This document shows positions 36,116 to 51,100 of a stretch of DNA of 64,000 nt, piece after piece; position 1 is the first letter of the stretch, and each line of letters begins with the position of its first letter. Under the pieces are notes generated by a model that saw only the letters and a list, made by a program, of their open reading frames with translations, was not told the origin of the DNA and made no database searches. A program made the position numbers and the translations under genes. The DNA comes from Callorhinchus milii (lineage: Eukaryota): assembly GCF_018977255.1 (NCBI RefSeq), contig NW_024704742.1:8744001-8808000 (forward strand). Direction: 5' to 3'.

Positions 36116-39100
36116 CTGATTTGTGTGCATGGCTAATAAAGCCTTGTTGATTTCCACTGTCTGCAGTTGTTTCTTGGTGAGCTTATGTTCCACCCCTTCT
36201 GTGTTGGTCAGTTTCACTTTTTTCTTTGAATCAAAAACATTTTGGTCCTGCAAGAAACCATTTCAAGAATTAAACAGAAGGGTCAAATTGCAAATGTGAA
36301 ACTGGCAATCGTAATTTACAAAGATCGTTTTATTAAAAAAACAAGATGTAGGGAGAGGAGAGGAAGGCCTCACCTCAGTTTAGAGTTAATCGTGGACAGC
36401 TAGACAATTTTTTATTTTAATTTGATGAATGTGAAGTCAGAATAGAAAGTAACAGTCTAATGAGATAACTTGATTTTGCACAAAAAGCCAGGTTCAAGTG
36501 AAAGTGATGACACTTGGAATATTGCTCTGTGCAACTCCTGTGTTTTCTATTAAAAGTCCTGTTTCTCTCCCAGATTTGCAGAAGCAAAAGCTCAGGAGTA
36601 ACTAGGTCTCAGCTCTCAGTGGAAGATCATGACAGCAGAAATACTAAATAAAGAAATAAATGTCTCAAGGACACGTTAGCTGATGTGATTGTTGTGGTTA
36701 TTGGAAAATAAGATATTGTGTTTGGTGAAGTAAACAATGCTGGAAATAATCTAAATATTACAATATAATAATGTGGTCACTCAATCCGCGACTGTTTATG
36801 GGACGTCGCTGTGCGCAATTGGCTGCCACGCTTCGCCCACAAAGCAGTCGCTACACTTTGCAGTATATCCTATGAAGCGCTTTGAGACACCTTGACAATG
36901 TGACAAGGCGCTATATCAAATGTAAGGATTATTATTATTACCATCTTTATTCCCAGTTTTACTGAGAAACACAACATTGATTATGATTGACAGCTAGCGC
37001 ACAGAGCAAAGAGACGGGAGAAAAGACCGCACCTCATCAAGACAGAGGTGGCAAATGGGCATTGGCACAAGAACCTTCTGCCTCTTTCTCATGGTATAAA
37101 TTTTTCTGAACAAGAGTTGCACTCCCGAAAATGCACAGATGCAGACCCTGAGATAGCAACTGTGGAAATCTACAGACCATTTAAGCGGTCAGTTCTCTTT
37201 ACAAAGTACAATTGTATAACATTGTACATTTTGTGCAAAAAAAAAAACAGCAGAACCTCCAGTTTCAGAACATCAATAAATCATAAACATAAACCGTGCA
37301 ATCCAAGTGTCATCACCTTCACTTGAACCTGGCTTTTTGTGCAATAAACAGCAGCACAAGTTATCTCATTAGACATTAGACTGTTACTTTGCATTCTGAC
37401 TTCACATTCATCAATTTAAAATAATTGAAACCAAATGGTGGTGAATTTTTCATGGCGATTCAGAGTGATGTTTGCAGTGAAGAGCAACATACCTGTAAAA
37501 ACTAGGACTTGTAACAGAAGCTTTTAATAAATATGATGCCCAAACACCCCAGGCTGGCCGGAGGACCATGTGTGCAGGGTGGGGGGGTAACAGCTAGGTA
37601 TGAATTCCGAATACCTGTAAACTGGTGATTTACTATAGTGCCTGTCACATGTCACATTGCTTCGGGAGGCCGTCCCAAGGGCTGGTCAGTCCAGGGTTTG
37701 CACCCTGACATCTGCACTTCCACCGCCTGCATTCTCACCCACACTAAAGACCATATCTCCATTACCCCAGTCCTTGTCAAACTCCATTGGCTCCCTGTCA
37801 CAGAGTGTGAAGGGCGCTATATAAATCCAAGTTGTTGTTATCGTTGAACTTAATCAAATTCTGACCAAGGCAGACGTGACAGCGCTCTCACTCTCCACTA
37901 AGTCCACCCTGAACACATCAGGACAATGAATTACCTTGTTTAGTGTAATAATGTTATTGGCAGTCACAGCCAGGAGTCCAACATCTGAGGGCCTGCAGAG
38001 GAAGAAATAAAATGCAGTTGACTCTCTTAGTTCACTCAGAATGACTTTACATAAGAACAAAAGAAATGCTAGACAAAAAAAAAGACCAAGGTCCATCTAG
38101 TTCACCTTCCATCTTCCTGGTGGGCGCATGCACACACGACCCAAACTACCGATGTGCTACATCCCATAATGTTATTTCCTGAAAGAAAACTATCTCATCT
38201 GTGTTAGAAGGAATCAACATTTCCTGCTTTAACCGTCTCCCTCGGGAGCCTGTTCCACAGGTTTACTATTCGCTCACTGATATAGCGTTTCCGTAGAATA
38301 AGAGTCCCTGAGAGTGAGATTTCACACCATGTGTGTTGCTTACTTCAGTTTGATGACTTGATTGTAGAGCTGCAAAGCCTCATCTGTTCGCCCCTGAAGC
38401 TGCATTACATATGCCATCTGAGCGTGGATTATAGCCAACTCAGCATCAATGTCCTCATCAGTCATATCCTGCACAAGGTAGCCACCAGTCAGTTATGAGG
38501 GCAAGATTTTACAATATTTCAGGAGAGAAATTGTTTAAATTCAATTGTTTAAAGTGAGATCAAGATTTTGAAACATTTTATAAAGCATCTTGAAGCGCTC
38601 CGAGACATCATTTGGTGCAACGAGCGCTATATAATTGCGTTCTTGTTGATAACAAGATGAAACACACTGTATTCCCAACGTTCCCATCAAGCTTATCGCC
38701 AGAAAGTAGGTCCCAGAATCTTAGTTAAGATTAACTATTACAATAATAATAATTACATTCCAATCATTTTAATTGACCAGAAAAGATGATATAGGACAGC
38801 AAATGGGTTTAAATCAGTGACAGTGAGTTTGTACTCTTGATTCCCACATAGATTCAGAGAATCTTACAGTGCAGGAGGCCATTTGGCCCATTGTGCCTGT
38901 GTCGGCTCTTCAGAAGAGCTACCAACTACCAACTCCCCATATCCTTGCAAATTTTTCCTCTTCAACTACCTATCAAATTCCCTTTTGAAAGTTGTTATTG
39001 AATCTGTTCCCACCACCCTTTCAGGCAGTGCATTCCAGACCGTCGCAACTCTCTGAGTAAAAACTTTTTGGGGGGCAATAATCTTGATTCTATGTCCCCT

Positions 39101-42100
39101 GGTTACCGACCTACCTCCATTAGAAACAGTTCTCCCTATCTACTCTATGAAAACTCCACATAATTTTGAACACCTCTATTAAATCTCCCCTCAACCTTCT
39201 CTGCTCTAAGGAGAACAATTCCAGCTTCTCTAGTCTCTCCACATAACTAAAGTCGTTCATCCCTGGTACCATCCTGGTAAATCTCCTCTGCACCCTCTCC
39301 AAGGCCTTGAGTGTGGTGCCCAGAACTGGACACAATATTCCTCCTGAGGCCTAAACAGTGATATAAAAGTTTAGCAGAACTTCTTTGTTTTTGTATTCTA
39401 TGCCTCTATTTATAAAGCCAAGGATTCCAGATTTTTTTTTTAACAGCTCTTATCAACCTGTTCTGCCACCTTCAGAGTGTGTGGATTATTGTCCTTCATG
39501 ACGTTTCTAAGCCTAGCATCACCATTGTGAGAGGAAGCAGTCTTTTCCCTGCAAGGAATGGATATAGATGTTACCTCCAGCCACTCTCAGCACCTTCTAA
39601 GAAAGCATTAGCAGAGGTCTAAACATTACGTGGGCATAGGTCAGAAACTGATTAGGGGGAAAGGAACAGTCCAGAGTTTGCACCCTGACATCTGTAAGGG
39701 GAAGGGAGGCACATATACTGTAAACTGAGCTAGACAAGCATTCACACTTCTGTGGGGCTGAAGGAGAATAATTTAATAAACTACTATTTCTATTTCTGAA
39801 TGTTGTGCAGATTTGGTCAACTCATGAAAAACCTTGTCCCATTTACAAGGTATTAATAAAAGGTGGTAAACATCAGGGATTAGGTATTACAGAGGATTTG
39901 AAAAGTCCTTTCACTCTGGGTTAGGTTCAAATCTAGCTGGTGTGATGAAAGTCTCTCTGCATAGTTGTGGGCTACTCCCCATCGACGAACGGATCAATTT
40001 CAAGATCCTCACACTCATTTTCGAATCGCCCTGGCATCTCCCTACTTCTCTGACCTACTTACCCCCTAATCCACAACCCGCAGCCTCCGCTCGACTGGCA
40101 CCGGCCTTCCCTCGTGCCCTCCGTTCCACTATTGATGGCCGCACTTTCAGCCACTACCCCTAAAACTCTGGAACACTCTCCCCCTATTGCTCTGCCTTGC
40201 CCCCTTGCTTCCCCATGTTCAGGTTGCGCCTGAAGACCTTCCTATTTGACCTGTGCTTACGGTCACCTCCCTCTCCCCCAGCTCAGCGTCCTGCTCCACC
40301 ACTGTCAAGCGCTCTGGGAAGCTACCCTGCATGAGGGGCGTTGTATAAATGCAAGTTGTTGTTGAAATTAGTTTTGGTAATTTGAATCCAGATCTGACCG
40401 GACGTTGGACCACAGGATAAAGCCGACCCTAATTCAACAAAGTCCTTGGAGAGATTGCAATAAGATTTGCTTCTCTGCGAAGTGGGAACAATCTACCACC
40501 CTGGATCATGTTAGCAAGTTCCCATGAGGATGAACAGAATAAAGAGTTTTACTCAACAGTACTCACATTAATCCTCTTGGAAAAGGCAGGATTCAGACCC
40601 TCAAAATAAAAACAATATAGACTTGTTGATCACAAGTTGTATGTTTATGTGCCATCAAGTTTCCAGTTCTCCTTAAAACTGCCAAGAGGTACGAGTCTAT
40701 TGAAAAATCCTCTAAAAGACTGCTGTTCATGTTGGTGACAAGAAGCAACTAGAACAAAATATTGTGCAATTGCACAATCAAATAGTTCAATAAAACACTG
40801 AAAATGAAATGGGCCACACAAACAAGAATGTTTAATGATCCCTAGAGCTACTAAAGTTACTGATTTTTGGAGGCATCAAGACTCCAGTCTCTCATTTTGC
40901 ATCTTTTATTAAACTATTCAAACACAAGAATGAGCAATATTTTGTTGTAGGTAGGTTTCTTGGAGTCCTTGGTCATTAGAGTACTGTAACTCAGTAGTTA
41001 AGAGTACTCGCCTCGCAAGCAAGAGTTCCTGGGTTCGATTCCCGGTAGGGTGAAACTGGACAAGTTACTTACTCCACACGCCGTAGTTTACCTAGCAGTA
41101 AGTAGGAACCTAATTTAACAAGTTCCTTGGAGAGATAGCAGTTGTTAGTCGATTGGCGGATCGCTTTTCTGGGGGGTAATAATCCCTTCAATAAATAAAT
41201 AAACAATAATTCGGTCACTTAATCCATGACCATTTGTGAGACACTGCTGTACGCAATTGGCTGCTGAGTTTTGCCCACAACATATACAGGCAATTTACTT
41301 TACAGTATATTCGTCTTGAAGACCTGATAAGGCGCTACATCAAATGCAAGGATTATTATTATTACGAACATGACTACAATATTGTGAAACTCATTAGACT
41401 ACAATGTTTTGGCACTTTCTTAATCAGTTCTCCCTGGAATATTCTCCAAAGACTCTCGAAGCATATGCTACAGATCTATTTGCAGATACTTCGGATACCA
41501 ATGATAATTCGAGCACCAAAACACAGAATTTTACCCCAAACAAACTTGTCTGCCTTTCACCCCCCACTCCTCCCCACCGCCTTGCTCAATCAGTTACATT
41601 GCTATTGTGCAAACAATCAGCCAGGAGCAAAGGTAAATGCAGTGAGATTGAGAAGAACCATCATAACAAATACTCACAGTATCTTCAGAAAATGACTGAC
41701 GGCACAATTCTGAAATAAAAGAAGTGCGATTATAAAACACAAGAGTTCTCTAGAAACATTTAATGACCATATCTAATGTTTTTCAAAACTCTGCTGCTCG
41801 CATTCTCTCCCGCACTAAACTCCGTACCTCCATTACCCCAGGTCGTCAAACTCCATTGGCTCCGTCACAGAGCAGATCAATTTCAAGATCACCCCCCGCC
41901 CCCCATCTCTCCAACTTGCTCACTTTCTACACCACTACCTGCTGCCTCTGCTCAATTGGAAACTATCTCCTCTTGTCCCCTGGACCCTCTGCCTCACCAT
42001 CGGCAACCGTGCTTTCAGCCACTACACCCCGAAGCTGTAGAACTCTCTCCCTCAATCCCTCAGCCTTGCCCCCTCTCCCCATTTTCAGGTCACGCTTGCA

Positions 42101-45100
42101 AACCTTCCTCTTCGACCATGCCTACGGTCACTTTCCCCTCCCCTGGCTCGTCATCGATCTCCGCCACTATTAAGTGCTCCAAGACTCCATCCGGCGTGAA
42201 GGGCGCGATATAAATCCAAGTTGTTGTTGTTATGACCCCTACAGCAGGTCCTAATATTTTACCTTCAGCTTCCTGAAGTTTCTTCATAGCTTTGGCTAGC
42301 TTGCCTTCACCAATCAAAGTACAAGCGGCATTGTAACACAGCTCATAGGAAGTCTCAGGTAAGCCCAAATCTTCCTGTGAAATAAAATAAAAGTGTGTCT
42401 CACATTATTTTTTCCCCAAAAGAACCTGATTGAATACATTAGCTCCTAAAACGTCAACTTCTCACAAAGTTCAGATATCGCAGACAACATACTCCATGTT
42501 TGTATTTTCTGTCGCCTCCATTCTTACTAATCTGCGTAATTCACTAAGTAATGGTCATCTTACCCTCATGCTCACTCGGTCATTAACTTACAAAATACAG
42601 TCAATCCACTTTACAGTATATCGTGTGAAGCGCTTTGAGACGTCTCAACGACATGATAAGGAGCTAAATCAAATACAAGCATTATTATTTTAGCTTAGGA
42701 AAGCGTCAGCAGCCAACAATACAATTGGGCACACAATGGCTGATGCCTAACCGATATCATGGATGCATTTTCTAGCCAAAATCACCAGATAATAGTAAGG
42801 TGCAGGAACCCTCACGGTTAGTTTTAGCTCTGGGTAATACTAGCAGCCTGCTACTGCAACTACTGTGTCAGCCTGCCTCAGTGATAGTAATCTCACAAGG
42901 GAAGTAAATAAAACATAAAAATAGTGATATATAGAATTTCAATACCATAAAGACCTCCTTGGGGGGGTTATGGTGCTAATGATTGTCCTTCTCCTGCCAG
43001 AACACCAAAGCCGAACTTTGATTCAGGTTCATAGATAAGAAAGTCACCGGGCTTGTGTTAAAAAGCTTTTCTCTCAATGGAGACACTGGTGTCCTGTGCT
43101 GGAACTCTACACATAGATTTCAGGTGGGAAACAGAATTAATCTTGACTGTGTGCCTTCGCACATTTAAACTGCCTGCTGTGATTCAGTGAGAAGTCTCAC
43201 ACATGAAAAAAATAGTCACTCAAATGAGGTAATAACAATTTACACTGTGATACTTACTGGAGAGGAATTCTCCCAGGTACTTAATGCTGCCACAACAGCA
43301 GACAAGTTAGTCTTCCTTTCCTCCTCATAGTCATCTTGCGAGTTTCGAATCAAGTCTCGATAAACTGACAAACATTCCTCGTACCGTTCCAACCTGTATA
43401 ACTGAAGTTACAAATACCCACGTAAAGTAACAGCTTAACAAAAGGCTACAGATAGATTTTGATCAATAATTGGCCAAAGGAAGCAAGATCATTAGAGCTA
43501 ACAAAATTATAAGCACAGCTTTCCTTTTTGGTGTGTTCTGCATAAGTGTGAGGTTATTTTTGAACAGTTAATATGAAATAATTCTAGCGTTTGATACAGA
43601 GCTTTACCAAGTTGTTGAAACAGCTCAAAACACTTCACAGGATTTTCTGAGAGGTGTAGGTCGACTGTTCTAGTAGGTGACCACAGCAACCAATGTGCAC
43701 AGCAATGTCCCAAAAATGGAGCGAGCGACCAATTTTATTTGGGGGATTGTTGGTCAGGACACCGGGAGAGAGAAACTCCCTTCTCTTTTCGAATAGTGCC
43801 ATGGGATCTTTAACATCCACCTGAACAGGCAGACACGATCTCAGCTTACCATCCCATCCAAAGGACAGCAATCATAAAAATAATAATCCTTGCATGTTGT
43901 TAGTTGATTGGCGGATTGCTCTAACTTCAAAAAATATATTAAATAAAAAAAATTCAGTTTGTGGGACACTACTGCGCGCAATTGGCTGCCGTGTTTCGCC
44001 CACAAAATATACAGTCAATTCCCTTTACAGTATATTGTCTAATAATAATAATAAATAATAATCCTTGCATTTGATATAGCGCTTTTCACATCTTCTCGAC
44101 GTCTCAAAGCGTTTCACAGAATAGACTGTAAAGTGAATTGACCGTATATTTGTGGGCAAAACGCGGCAGCCAATTGCACACAGCAGTTTTTTTTGGAGGG
44201 ATTATCATTCTTTGTAATATAGAGAGAGTATAAGGGGGGAAAGAGAGTGATTGAGAGAGGGGGAGAGTGTGTGTGTGAGAGAGCGAGAGATGATAGTGGA
44301 AGAGAGAGGGTGAGATTGAGAGAGAGAGGGAGAAGAGGAGAAAAGCATAAAGAATGAGAGAGCACAGAGAGAGACGTGAGGACAGTTTCATAGTCACTGT
44401 CAGGACAGACGATTGGAGCCTCCCTCAGCCGCAGCGGGGGGGGGGGGGGGGGAAACAGACGAGGACAGACACTGGGTGATTAGCCGTAGTTTCCTCACAG
44501 ATAACTCCCTTTCCCCAGTGACAAACTCCTCCACGTCCTTCATCCCCCTCTCCCTATCCTACCTCTGCGATCTCCCGACCAAGCTGTTCCTTTTGCCCAG
44601 TAAAGGTCGGCTTGCTCCATGTCTCCCCACCCATCTGCCCCCGCTCTCTGGACCTCCATTCCTGGAGTCCCTCTGATTTCCTCCCTCCCTCCTCTTTCAA
44701 GGCACGTCAAGACCTAACTCTTTGACCACATCTTTTCCTCTCCCCAAACCCACCTCTCGGCACCCACCCCCAACTCAGGTGCTCAACCGACAGTGTTAAG
44801 ATGTCCTTCTGCATGAAAAATGTGCTGGGTAAATGTTACAATTCTGGAAGGGAAAGATAAAATATTGTTTCTGGGGCCCACAGACCGTTCTCAAATAGGG
44901 AATGCGGCCTGCAGCAGCCAAACGGTTGGAGTTAAATAATTGTAAAAGAATGTTTACGTACCACTTGTCCATATAGTTCCTTTAATTTATCACTGTGCTT
45001 CTCAACGCTTTCAATAGTCTTCAATGCGTTTTCAACTCTGTTCAGTCTGTATTCACAGTACGCCTTCTCGAAAGCTATTAGATCACTGTGATCAGGCAAC

Positions 45101-48100
45101 AGGAGAGAGAAGATATGAGATATTATCTCAACTATTAGATTTTTTTTTGAATCGAGATGACAAAACCAGGATTTAAACAGAGGCAAAATAGAGCCACAAT
45201 ATTATATTTATACAAAATACAGCCACAATATTATATATCTCTTTGCTTCCGCTTTATCTGATTTGCACTAACAAACTTTTTAACTTTTTTAACTTTTAAC
45301 TTTTAATTTTTTTTTAATGAGCTTCTCAGTGTTTCATCAGCAACAGGAACGAGCTCCTGCAACTTCTGGCGTCACAAGATTTTGTTCTACACAAACATTT
45401 CAGCTGAACTTGTTAGATGGCATCTGATGTGGGCTGCTCCATCTTCCCTATCCATTCCCAAAACTTCAGAATAGTAAGCGCTCCGGGACACTTCCCCACA
45501 TGAAAGGCGCTATATAAATGCAAGTTGTTGTTGTTGAACAGAAAAAATAACTATTGTATAAGTTAAATAAAATCAGAATAAAACCAATACAACCAAAACG
45601 GAGACCTATTATTTTCCTGACTTTGCTGTTAAGAAAGTTGTTCCATTCTCGACCATCACAAGGAAGCTATAACGTTTCTCCCCCAAAAGGGGGAAAACAA
45701 AGAACTCCCCTTATAGAAAACACTGCCGTCTATAGTAACGTGATGATACAGTACTCTGTGACCACTCAATCCCCTGAGCTTTAAGCGCTCTGAGACACTA
45801 CCCTGAAGGGCGCTATATAAGTCCAAGTTGTTGTTTCAGACTAATGAGTAAAGCAGCCAGCATTGCCGTTCCTTGTTGCCAGTCACTGGGTGAGAGTACA
45901 GGATATGTTAGCCTTCCCATTGCCCACAATAGCAGTGAGATAGTCCTAATCTGTGATATCCTTTTCCCACCACAGCAAACGGCATAAACCTGAACTGTGC
46001 TCCCCTTTCCTCCGCCTATCAAACAGCACAAGTCTGGGCTGCGACACCCTCCTCACATTGCTCATGCCAACACGTTTTCTACCAGTGCCCCTCAATAACT
46101 CCAGGTTGCCCCCTACTACCCACTTTCAAATCCCACCTAAAGGCCTTCCTTATTGATCGTGCTTATCACGGTCACCTCCCCCCTCCCCCTGGCTCGTTGT
46201 GAGGGCGCTATATAAATGCAAGATGTTGTTGTTGCCTGAACTCATATAGACCATGAATGATCAGAGTACTAAAAACATATTCTTGAGCCGAAAGAAAGAT
46301 GATTGCTTTCTACACGCAGAACAAAAGTCCCCAACCTTCAATCTTTTCCACACGAGATTAACATCAGAAAACAATAATGAACTTTTTTTTTTAAACACTG
46401 AATTAATTTGCAGAGCATATGGTTTAATCACGAAAAATTTCACTTTCTGATATCAGCGTTACCATATCATACCATTTCGAACAGCGTTAACAGTGTTAAA
46501 CCCACTGTTCTTCCACAAAATAAAGCAAATCAAAGGTGAGCAGTTCAATAATGGCTGATAATTTTGCAGTAAATATTAAGGCTTTCTATTTCACTTTCTA
46601 TTTAATGAAGGCTATTTGCCGACTAGTTTTGAACATTTGTGCCTCACCTGGTAAGGACTTTGGTGTGCGTATGGATTACATTAAGAGCTTCCTTAAAATT
46701 TCCATTCTGGACCAGGCAGACCACCTTACAATGCAGAGCGGTCGCATCATCCTTGTTGTCTTGCAATACTGCGGAGAGAAAAAAATCTGCACGTGTTGAA
46801 CTCTGCACAAACCACAAGATACAAGTGGCGACTTTGTCACGATCACAAAATGTAGTGACTGCACCTGTAGGTGAACACGGCGGCCAATTCACACAGAACA
46901 ATGTCCCACAAACAGTTGCGAAGCCAATGACCAATTTTATTTTGGGGGATTATCGGTCAGAAAACTGACAGCAATTTCCTTCTCCTTTTGAATAGTGTAA
47001 CGGGATCTTTAACATCCGCCGCAATCTACACCTCCCGGAGGGCGGTCCCGACCCCGACCCGGCACAGCCCCGACCCCGGCCTCGGCCCGACCCCGGCCAC
47101 AGCCCCGACCCCCGGCCACAGCCCCGACCCCCGGCCTCGGCCCCGACCCCCGGCCACAGCCCCGACCCCCGGCCACAGCCCCGGCCACAGCCCCGACCCC
47201 CGGCCACAGCAACGACCCCCGGCCACAGCCCCGGCCACAGCCCCGACCCCGGCCACAGCGCAGCACAACCACCATCACCATTCATGGCCATCAGAGCGAA
47301 TACCGATCATCGTTAATGATCAGAGGGAATATTGATCACCATTGATGATCAGAGGGAATATTGATCACCATTGATGATCAGAGGGAATATTGATCACCAT
47401 TGATGATCAGAGGGAATATTGATCACCATTGATGATCAGAGGGAATATTGATCACCATTGATGATCAGAGGGAATATTGATCACCATTGATGATCAGAGG
47501 GAATATTGATCACCATTGATGATCAGAGGGAATATTGATCACCATTGATGATCAGAGGGAATATTGATCACCATTGATGATCAGAGGGAATGTGATCACT
47601 GATAAGTGAAAATTTTCATTGTTTTCAGTCCACGTCACCATCTCCACACTCACCCCTCCTCCTCCTCCCCCAACCTGCCCCCCCCGCCCCCCCACCCCCC
47701 AACCTGCCCCCACCACCCCCCAAACCTGCCCCCCCACCCCCCCACCTGCCCCCCCCCCGGGAGCCCCCCTCCTGCCCCCCCCGGGAGCCCCCTCCCCCGG
47801 GAGCCCCCCTCCTGCCCCCCCCCGGGAGCCCCCCTCCTGCCCCCCCCCCCCCGGGAGCCCCCCTCCTCCTGCCCCCCCCCGGGAGCCCCCCTCCCCCGGG
47901 AGCCCCCCTCCTGCCCCCCCCGGGAGCCCCCTCCTGCCCCCCCCCTCCTGCCCCCCCCCCCCGGGAGCCCCCTCCTGCCCCCCCGGGAGCCCCCCTCCCC
48001 GGGAGCCCCCCTCCTGCCCCCCCCGGGAGCCCCCGGCGCTGCCCTTACTCTTGCTCAGTGATCTCAGGGCTCGGCTGTAATCCCCGCTTTGGCCGCAGCG

Positions 48101-48147
48101 GTTCACCTCAGTCCACAGCGCCGTCACAGTCCCCCACCGCTCGCCAT
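36116..48147 (-). pseudogene. SRP72: Second, partial copy of SRP72 (exons 1-9 only); probably the alternative haplotype or an assembly duplicate
   Basis: Exons at 48049-48147, 46648-46768, 44962-45085, 43258-43401, 42263-42374, 41678-41709, 38344-38468, 37935-37992, 36116-36247 match copy 1. Exon 1 has a 1-nt deletion in a C run (99 vs 100 nt). Exons 10-19 are absent before the N gap. Confidence 0.85.
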
Positions 48148-51100
48148 CCCCGGCCTCCACCTGAGCCCGAGACAAGGCCTGAGCCCCAGCGCCGCCCACA
48201 GCGCCCCCTACAGCCCAGCGCCGCCCACAGCGCCCCCTACAGCCCAGCGCCGCCCACAGCCCAGCGCCGCCCACAGCCCAGCGCCGCCCACAGCCCAGCG
48301 CCGCCCACAGCGCCCCCTACAGCCCAGCGCCGCCCACAGCCCAGCGCCGCCCACAGCGCCCCCTACAGCCCAGCGCCGCCCACAGCGCCCCCTACAGCCC
48401 AGCGCCGCCCACAGCGCCCCCTACAGCCCAGCGCCGCCCACAGCCCAGCGCCGCCCACAGCGCCCCCTACAGCCCAGCGCCACCTGTCTGTCGGTGTCTG
48501 TCGGTGTGTGTCTGGGTGTCTGTCGGTGTGTGTCTGGGTGTCTGTCGGTGTGTGTCTGGGTGTGTGTCGGTGTGTGTCTGGGTGTCTGTTGGTGTCTGTC
48601 CGTGTGTGTCTGTCGGTGTGTGTCTGGGTGTCTGTCGGTGTGTGTCTGGGTGTGTGTCGGTGTGTGTCTGGGTGTCTGTCGGTGTCTGTCGGTGTGTGTC
48701 GGTGTCTGTCGGTGTGTGTCGGTGTGTGTCGGTGTGTGTCTGGGTGTCTGTCGGTGTCTGTCGGTGTGTGTCGGTGTCTGTCGGTGTGTGTCTGGGTGTG
48801 TGTCGGTGTGTGTCTGGGTGTCTGTCGGTGTCTGTCGGTGTGTGTCGGTGTCTGTCGGTGTGTGTCGGTGTGTGTCGGTGTCTGTCGGTGTGTGTCGGTG
48901 TGTGTCTGGGTGTGTGTCTGGGTGTCTGTCGGTGTGCGTCTGTCGGTGTGTGTCTGGGTGTCTGTCGGTGTGCGTCTGTCGGTGTGTGTCTGGGTGTCTG
49001 TCGGTGTGTGTCTGGCTGGGTGTCTGGGTGTCTGTCGGTGTGTGTCTGGGTGTCTGTCGGTGTGTGTCTGGCTGGGTGTCTGGGCGTCTGTCGGTGTGTG
49101 TCTGGGTGTCTGTCGGTGTGTGTCTGGGTGTCTTTCGGTGTGTGTCTGGGTGTCTGTCGGTGTGTGTCTGGGTGTCTGTCGGTGTGTGTCTGGGTGTCTG
49201 TCGGTGTGTGTCTGGGTGTCTGTCGGTGTGTGTCTGGGTGTCTGTCGGTGTGTGTCTGGGTGTCTGTCGGTGTGTGTCTGGCTGGGTGTCTGGGTGTCTG
49301 TCGGTGTGTGTCTGGGTGTCTGTCGGTGTGTGTCTGGCTGGGTGTCTGGGTGTGTGTCGGTGTGTGTCTGGCTGGGTGTCTGGCTGGGTGTCTGGGTGTG
49401 TGTCGGTGTGTGTCTGGCTGGGTGTCTGGGTGTGTGTCGGTGTGTGTCTGGCTGGGTGTCTGGGTGTCTGTCGGTGTGTGTCTGGGTGTGAATTTACATT
49501 TAGACCCGGTGACCCTCCAGGTTAAAGGTGATCCAATCCTTCCTCCGGGAGAGAATGGTGACGGTTGTATGTTGTTATCTGCCCTCCTCCTCTGCCGCGG
49601 TGTCTCTGAGTCTATAATAATAATAATCTTTGCATTTGACATAGTGTTTTTCACATCTTCTCGACATCTCAAAGCGCTTCACTGAATAGACTATAAAGTG
49701 AATCGACTGTATATTTGTGGGCGAAACGCAGCGGCCAATTGCGCACAGTCGTGGATTAAAAATGACCAACTTTATTATTATTGAGTTTTTTTGAGGGATT
49801 ATTATCAGGAGTGTGGAGTAAGGAAACTTGCCCAATGTTTCGCCCTGACCTGCCGGGAATCAAACCCAGGTCTCTCGCTCACGAGGCGAGTGCTGTCACC
49901 ACTGAGTCAACATGCTATCGATATCTTGGCCACATTTATTCAGGTATTCATTGAAACCCCTCGAAGTAGTCACCGAGCGACTTTTCCTGGGAATGACCAG
50001 GAATCAGGAGTTCGCTGTGTATAAATTATGCATAATTATGAATTATAATAATTATGACTAAGTGAATAATCTTACTTAAAAGACCGTGTCTCTTACACAG
50101 ACACAGTCTCGGAGGAGTTTTTCTCTCTCTGTCCCGGTATAAAATGGCAGCTGTCTCTCTCCTTCACGTGACACAAATTTTTCCTGTCGTGCGGCCACCC
50201 TGACTCCCTCCTACTGCGGCGGCGCCAACCCCTCATCGGGTGGCACCAGTGGTTTTACTGACCAGTTGATACTGGTCGTTTCTTTGCAACAAATTCTCTT
50301 ACACAGCAACCAGCCCACCCGAGATGAGAAGGGTGGGCTGTCTCAGCCGCTCTCTTTCATCAGCTTACATTCCCCGGAAATGAGCTCCGCCAATCGACTG
50401 ACAACCGGGTTCCTACTTACTGCCGAGTAAACAGGCGTGTGGATCAGGAAACTTGCCCAATGTTTTGTCCTGCCCAGGAATCAAACCCAGGTCCTCTCGC
50501 TTGCGAGGTGGGCGCTCTAACCACTGAGCTACAGCCGTCCACATATATATTACTAGTTGGACCTGTTGCAGCTTCACCAGACATTTCATCTTTATCTCAT
50601 CTGGGAAGACTCAGCGCTTTAAAAATGTTATTTTATTGTTGCCGCGGCTTAGTTTCATCTAATTTCTTTCCCTCAAAATTCTCCTCATTTCCTGCCCCCC
50701 CCAAACCTCCCTCAGCTTCATCTCTGACATCTCCATCCTCCTAGCTTCCCTCTGCCTCTGTTCTGAACGCCTCCTCATCCTCGGTGACTTGAACCTTCAC
50801 TTCACCCCCTCCGGCTCTTTCTCCTCTGACTCTTCCTCCTCTACTCTCACAATCTCTCCCTCCACATCCATTCTGACACCCATGTTCATGGTCACCCACT
50901 CGACTTCGTGATTACCCGTGATTATTTCGAGATAACTCCTCAATCCCTCTCCCACCGCCACCCAATCTACCTCCATCTCCCACTTCCATCACCCCTGGAA
51001 AAAATCTCCCCGGAATCCCTCACCACTGCACTGGAGTCATATGAACTCCTCCCCCACTGGTCTACCTCCTGCACTGATTTATCCTCCTCGTTCACTCTCC

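Noticed and set aside
47318..47603. CRISPR-like 29-bp repeats
   Set aside because: Units are contiguous with no spacers, the context is eukaryotic, and there are no cas genes.
36116..48147. Functional SRP72 paralog
   Set aside because: Lacks exons 10-19, is near-identical even in introns, and abuts an assembly gap.
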